Shown here one piece after another: positions 62,985 to 64,000 of a stretch of 64,000 bases of DNA. The notes under the pieces were generated by a model that saw only the letters and a list, made by a program, of their open reading frames with translations, was not told the DNA's origin and made no database searches. Source of the DNA: Lama guanicoe (Eukaryota). Every line of letters begins with the position of its first letter. Within the stretch, counting starts at the first letter, position 1. The translations under genes and the position numbers were made by a program. Location of the stretch: the NCBI GenBank assembly GCA_013239625.1, contig MU054212.1, forward strand, positions 1,364,001 to 1,428,000, read 5' to 3'.

Positions 62985-63815
62985 TGTATTCTCGCCTTCT
63001 CTTGGGCATATGGTTGGGTCACCTCTTCATTTTTTTCTTTTTTGCCTTCGTTTTGAAGTTAGGTGTAGTCACGTACATCTTGACTTAGTTAATAAAATAA
63101 TGTGAATGACACATACCCCTTCTAAGAGGAAGCTTTAGGAAAGGAGCAATTTCAAGTACTCCCTTTCAACAGTAGGGGGGTTGTGAATAGCCTGCTAATA
63201 TGACGCCTCTGTTGGTGTGGGTTCCTGAGTGAATACCATGAGCAGAACCCCATGACAACCCATTATTCCTGCTCCAGCCAGTGAGGTCAACACATGGGAA
63301 GGAATGGTCTAATCCACACAGTTATTCAGGAACCCAAGGTCCTCCCACTTAGTGGGTCCCCTGGGGCAAGGTTTGGAAAACTATGGCCTCTGGCTAAATC
63401 CAACCTCTTTTTTTGTAAGTTAAGATTTATTGGAACACAGACATTCACTTATGGATGGATGCTGTCCTGCTGCAATGGCAGGGTTGAGTAGACATGACAG
63501 AAACTAGAGCCCCCAAAGCTTAAATCATTTACTTTCTCACCTTTTATAGAAAAAGTTTCCTGGCTTCTGCCGCAGGGCCTTGGAGTCTTCCCCTGAATCC
63601 TGTAAGTCTGGCTGGTGGTTGAAGGAAAAGAGAGAATAGGAAGGATTGCATGGGCAGTTTTGTAACCCATTCCTGAAGGTGGAGTACACCACTTTGATCC
63701 ACATTCCAGTGTCCAGAACTCAGTTCACCTGACCACATCTCATTACAAGAGAGGCTGAGATGGTCTGGCTGTGTATCTAGGAGGAAAAGGTAAATGATTT
63801 GGTGAGCAATCACTG
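62985..63815. mobile_element. MLT1 LTR fragments with a nested MER58A at about 63362-63575
   Basis: ggtttggaaaactatggcctctggctaaatcc...tttattggaacacag; cacattccagtgtccagaactcag. Confidence 0.65.
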
Positions 63816-64000
63816 CCACATCTGCCTACGTGTGGGGTCAGCTTGGCTGCTGTGCTCTCTCCAGTCAGCCCCAGCTGGGGCAATAGCCATTGAAAATTAG
63901 GACTGATTCTTCTGCTTTTACACTGAGCTTCCTTGGTCTGATCGACTCTAGGAGTGGAGACTACTTCTATGGCCTTGGTCCTCACTCAGTGATTACCCAC

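Overview
Mammalian genomic DNA, probably cetartiodactyl and camelid-like (inferred from the L1 3' ends and the lack of Alu/B1/Bov/PRE1 SINEs), orthologous to the IMPACT-HRH4 region. It holds the last five coding exons and 3' UTR of IMPACT (+, 1251-8996) and the complete three-exon histamine H4 receptor gene HRH4 (+, 31003-41046, 391 aa). Around them are many L1, L2, MIR, LTR and DNA-transposon remnants, a 227-nt assembly gap and a CpG-rich solo LTR at about 56.3-56.8 kb. The most notable signal is on the minus strand: a chain of decayed exons, mostly with canonical splice sites, from about 43.8 kb down to about 10.5 kb. Their translations resemble, in roughly the expected order, RGS22/RGSL1-type multi-RGS-domain proteins. 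This suggests a unitary pseudogene interleaved antisense with HRH4. All reference proteins and repeat consensi were compared from memory, so family names and the RGS call need database confirmation, and most repeat boundaries are approximate. No rRNA, tRNA or CRISPR array was seen.
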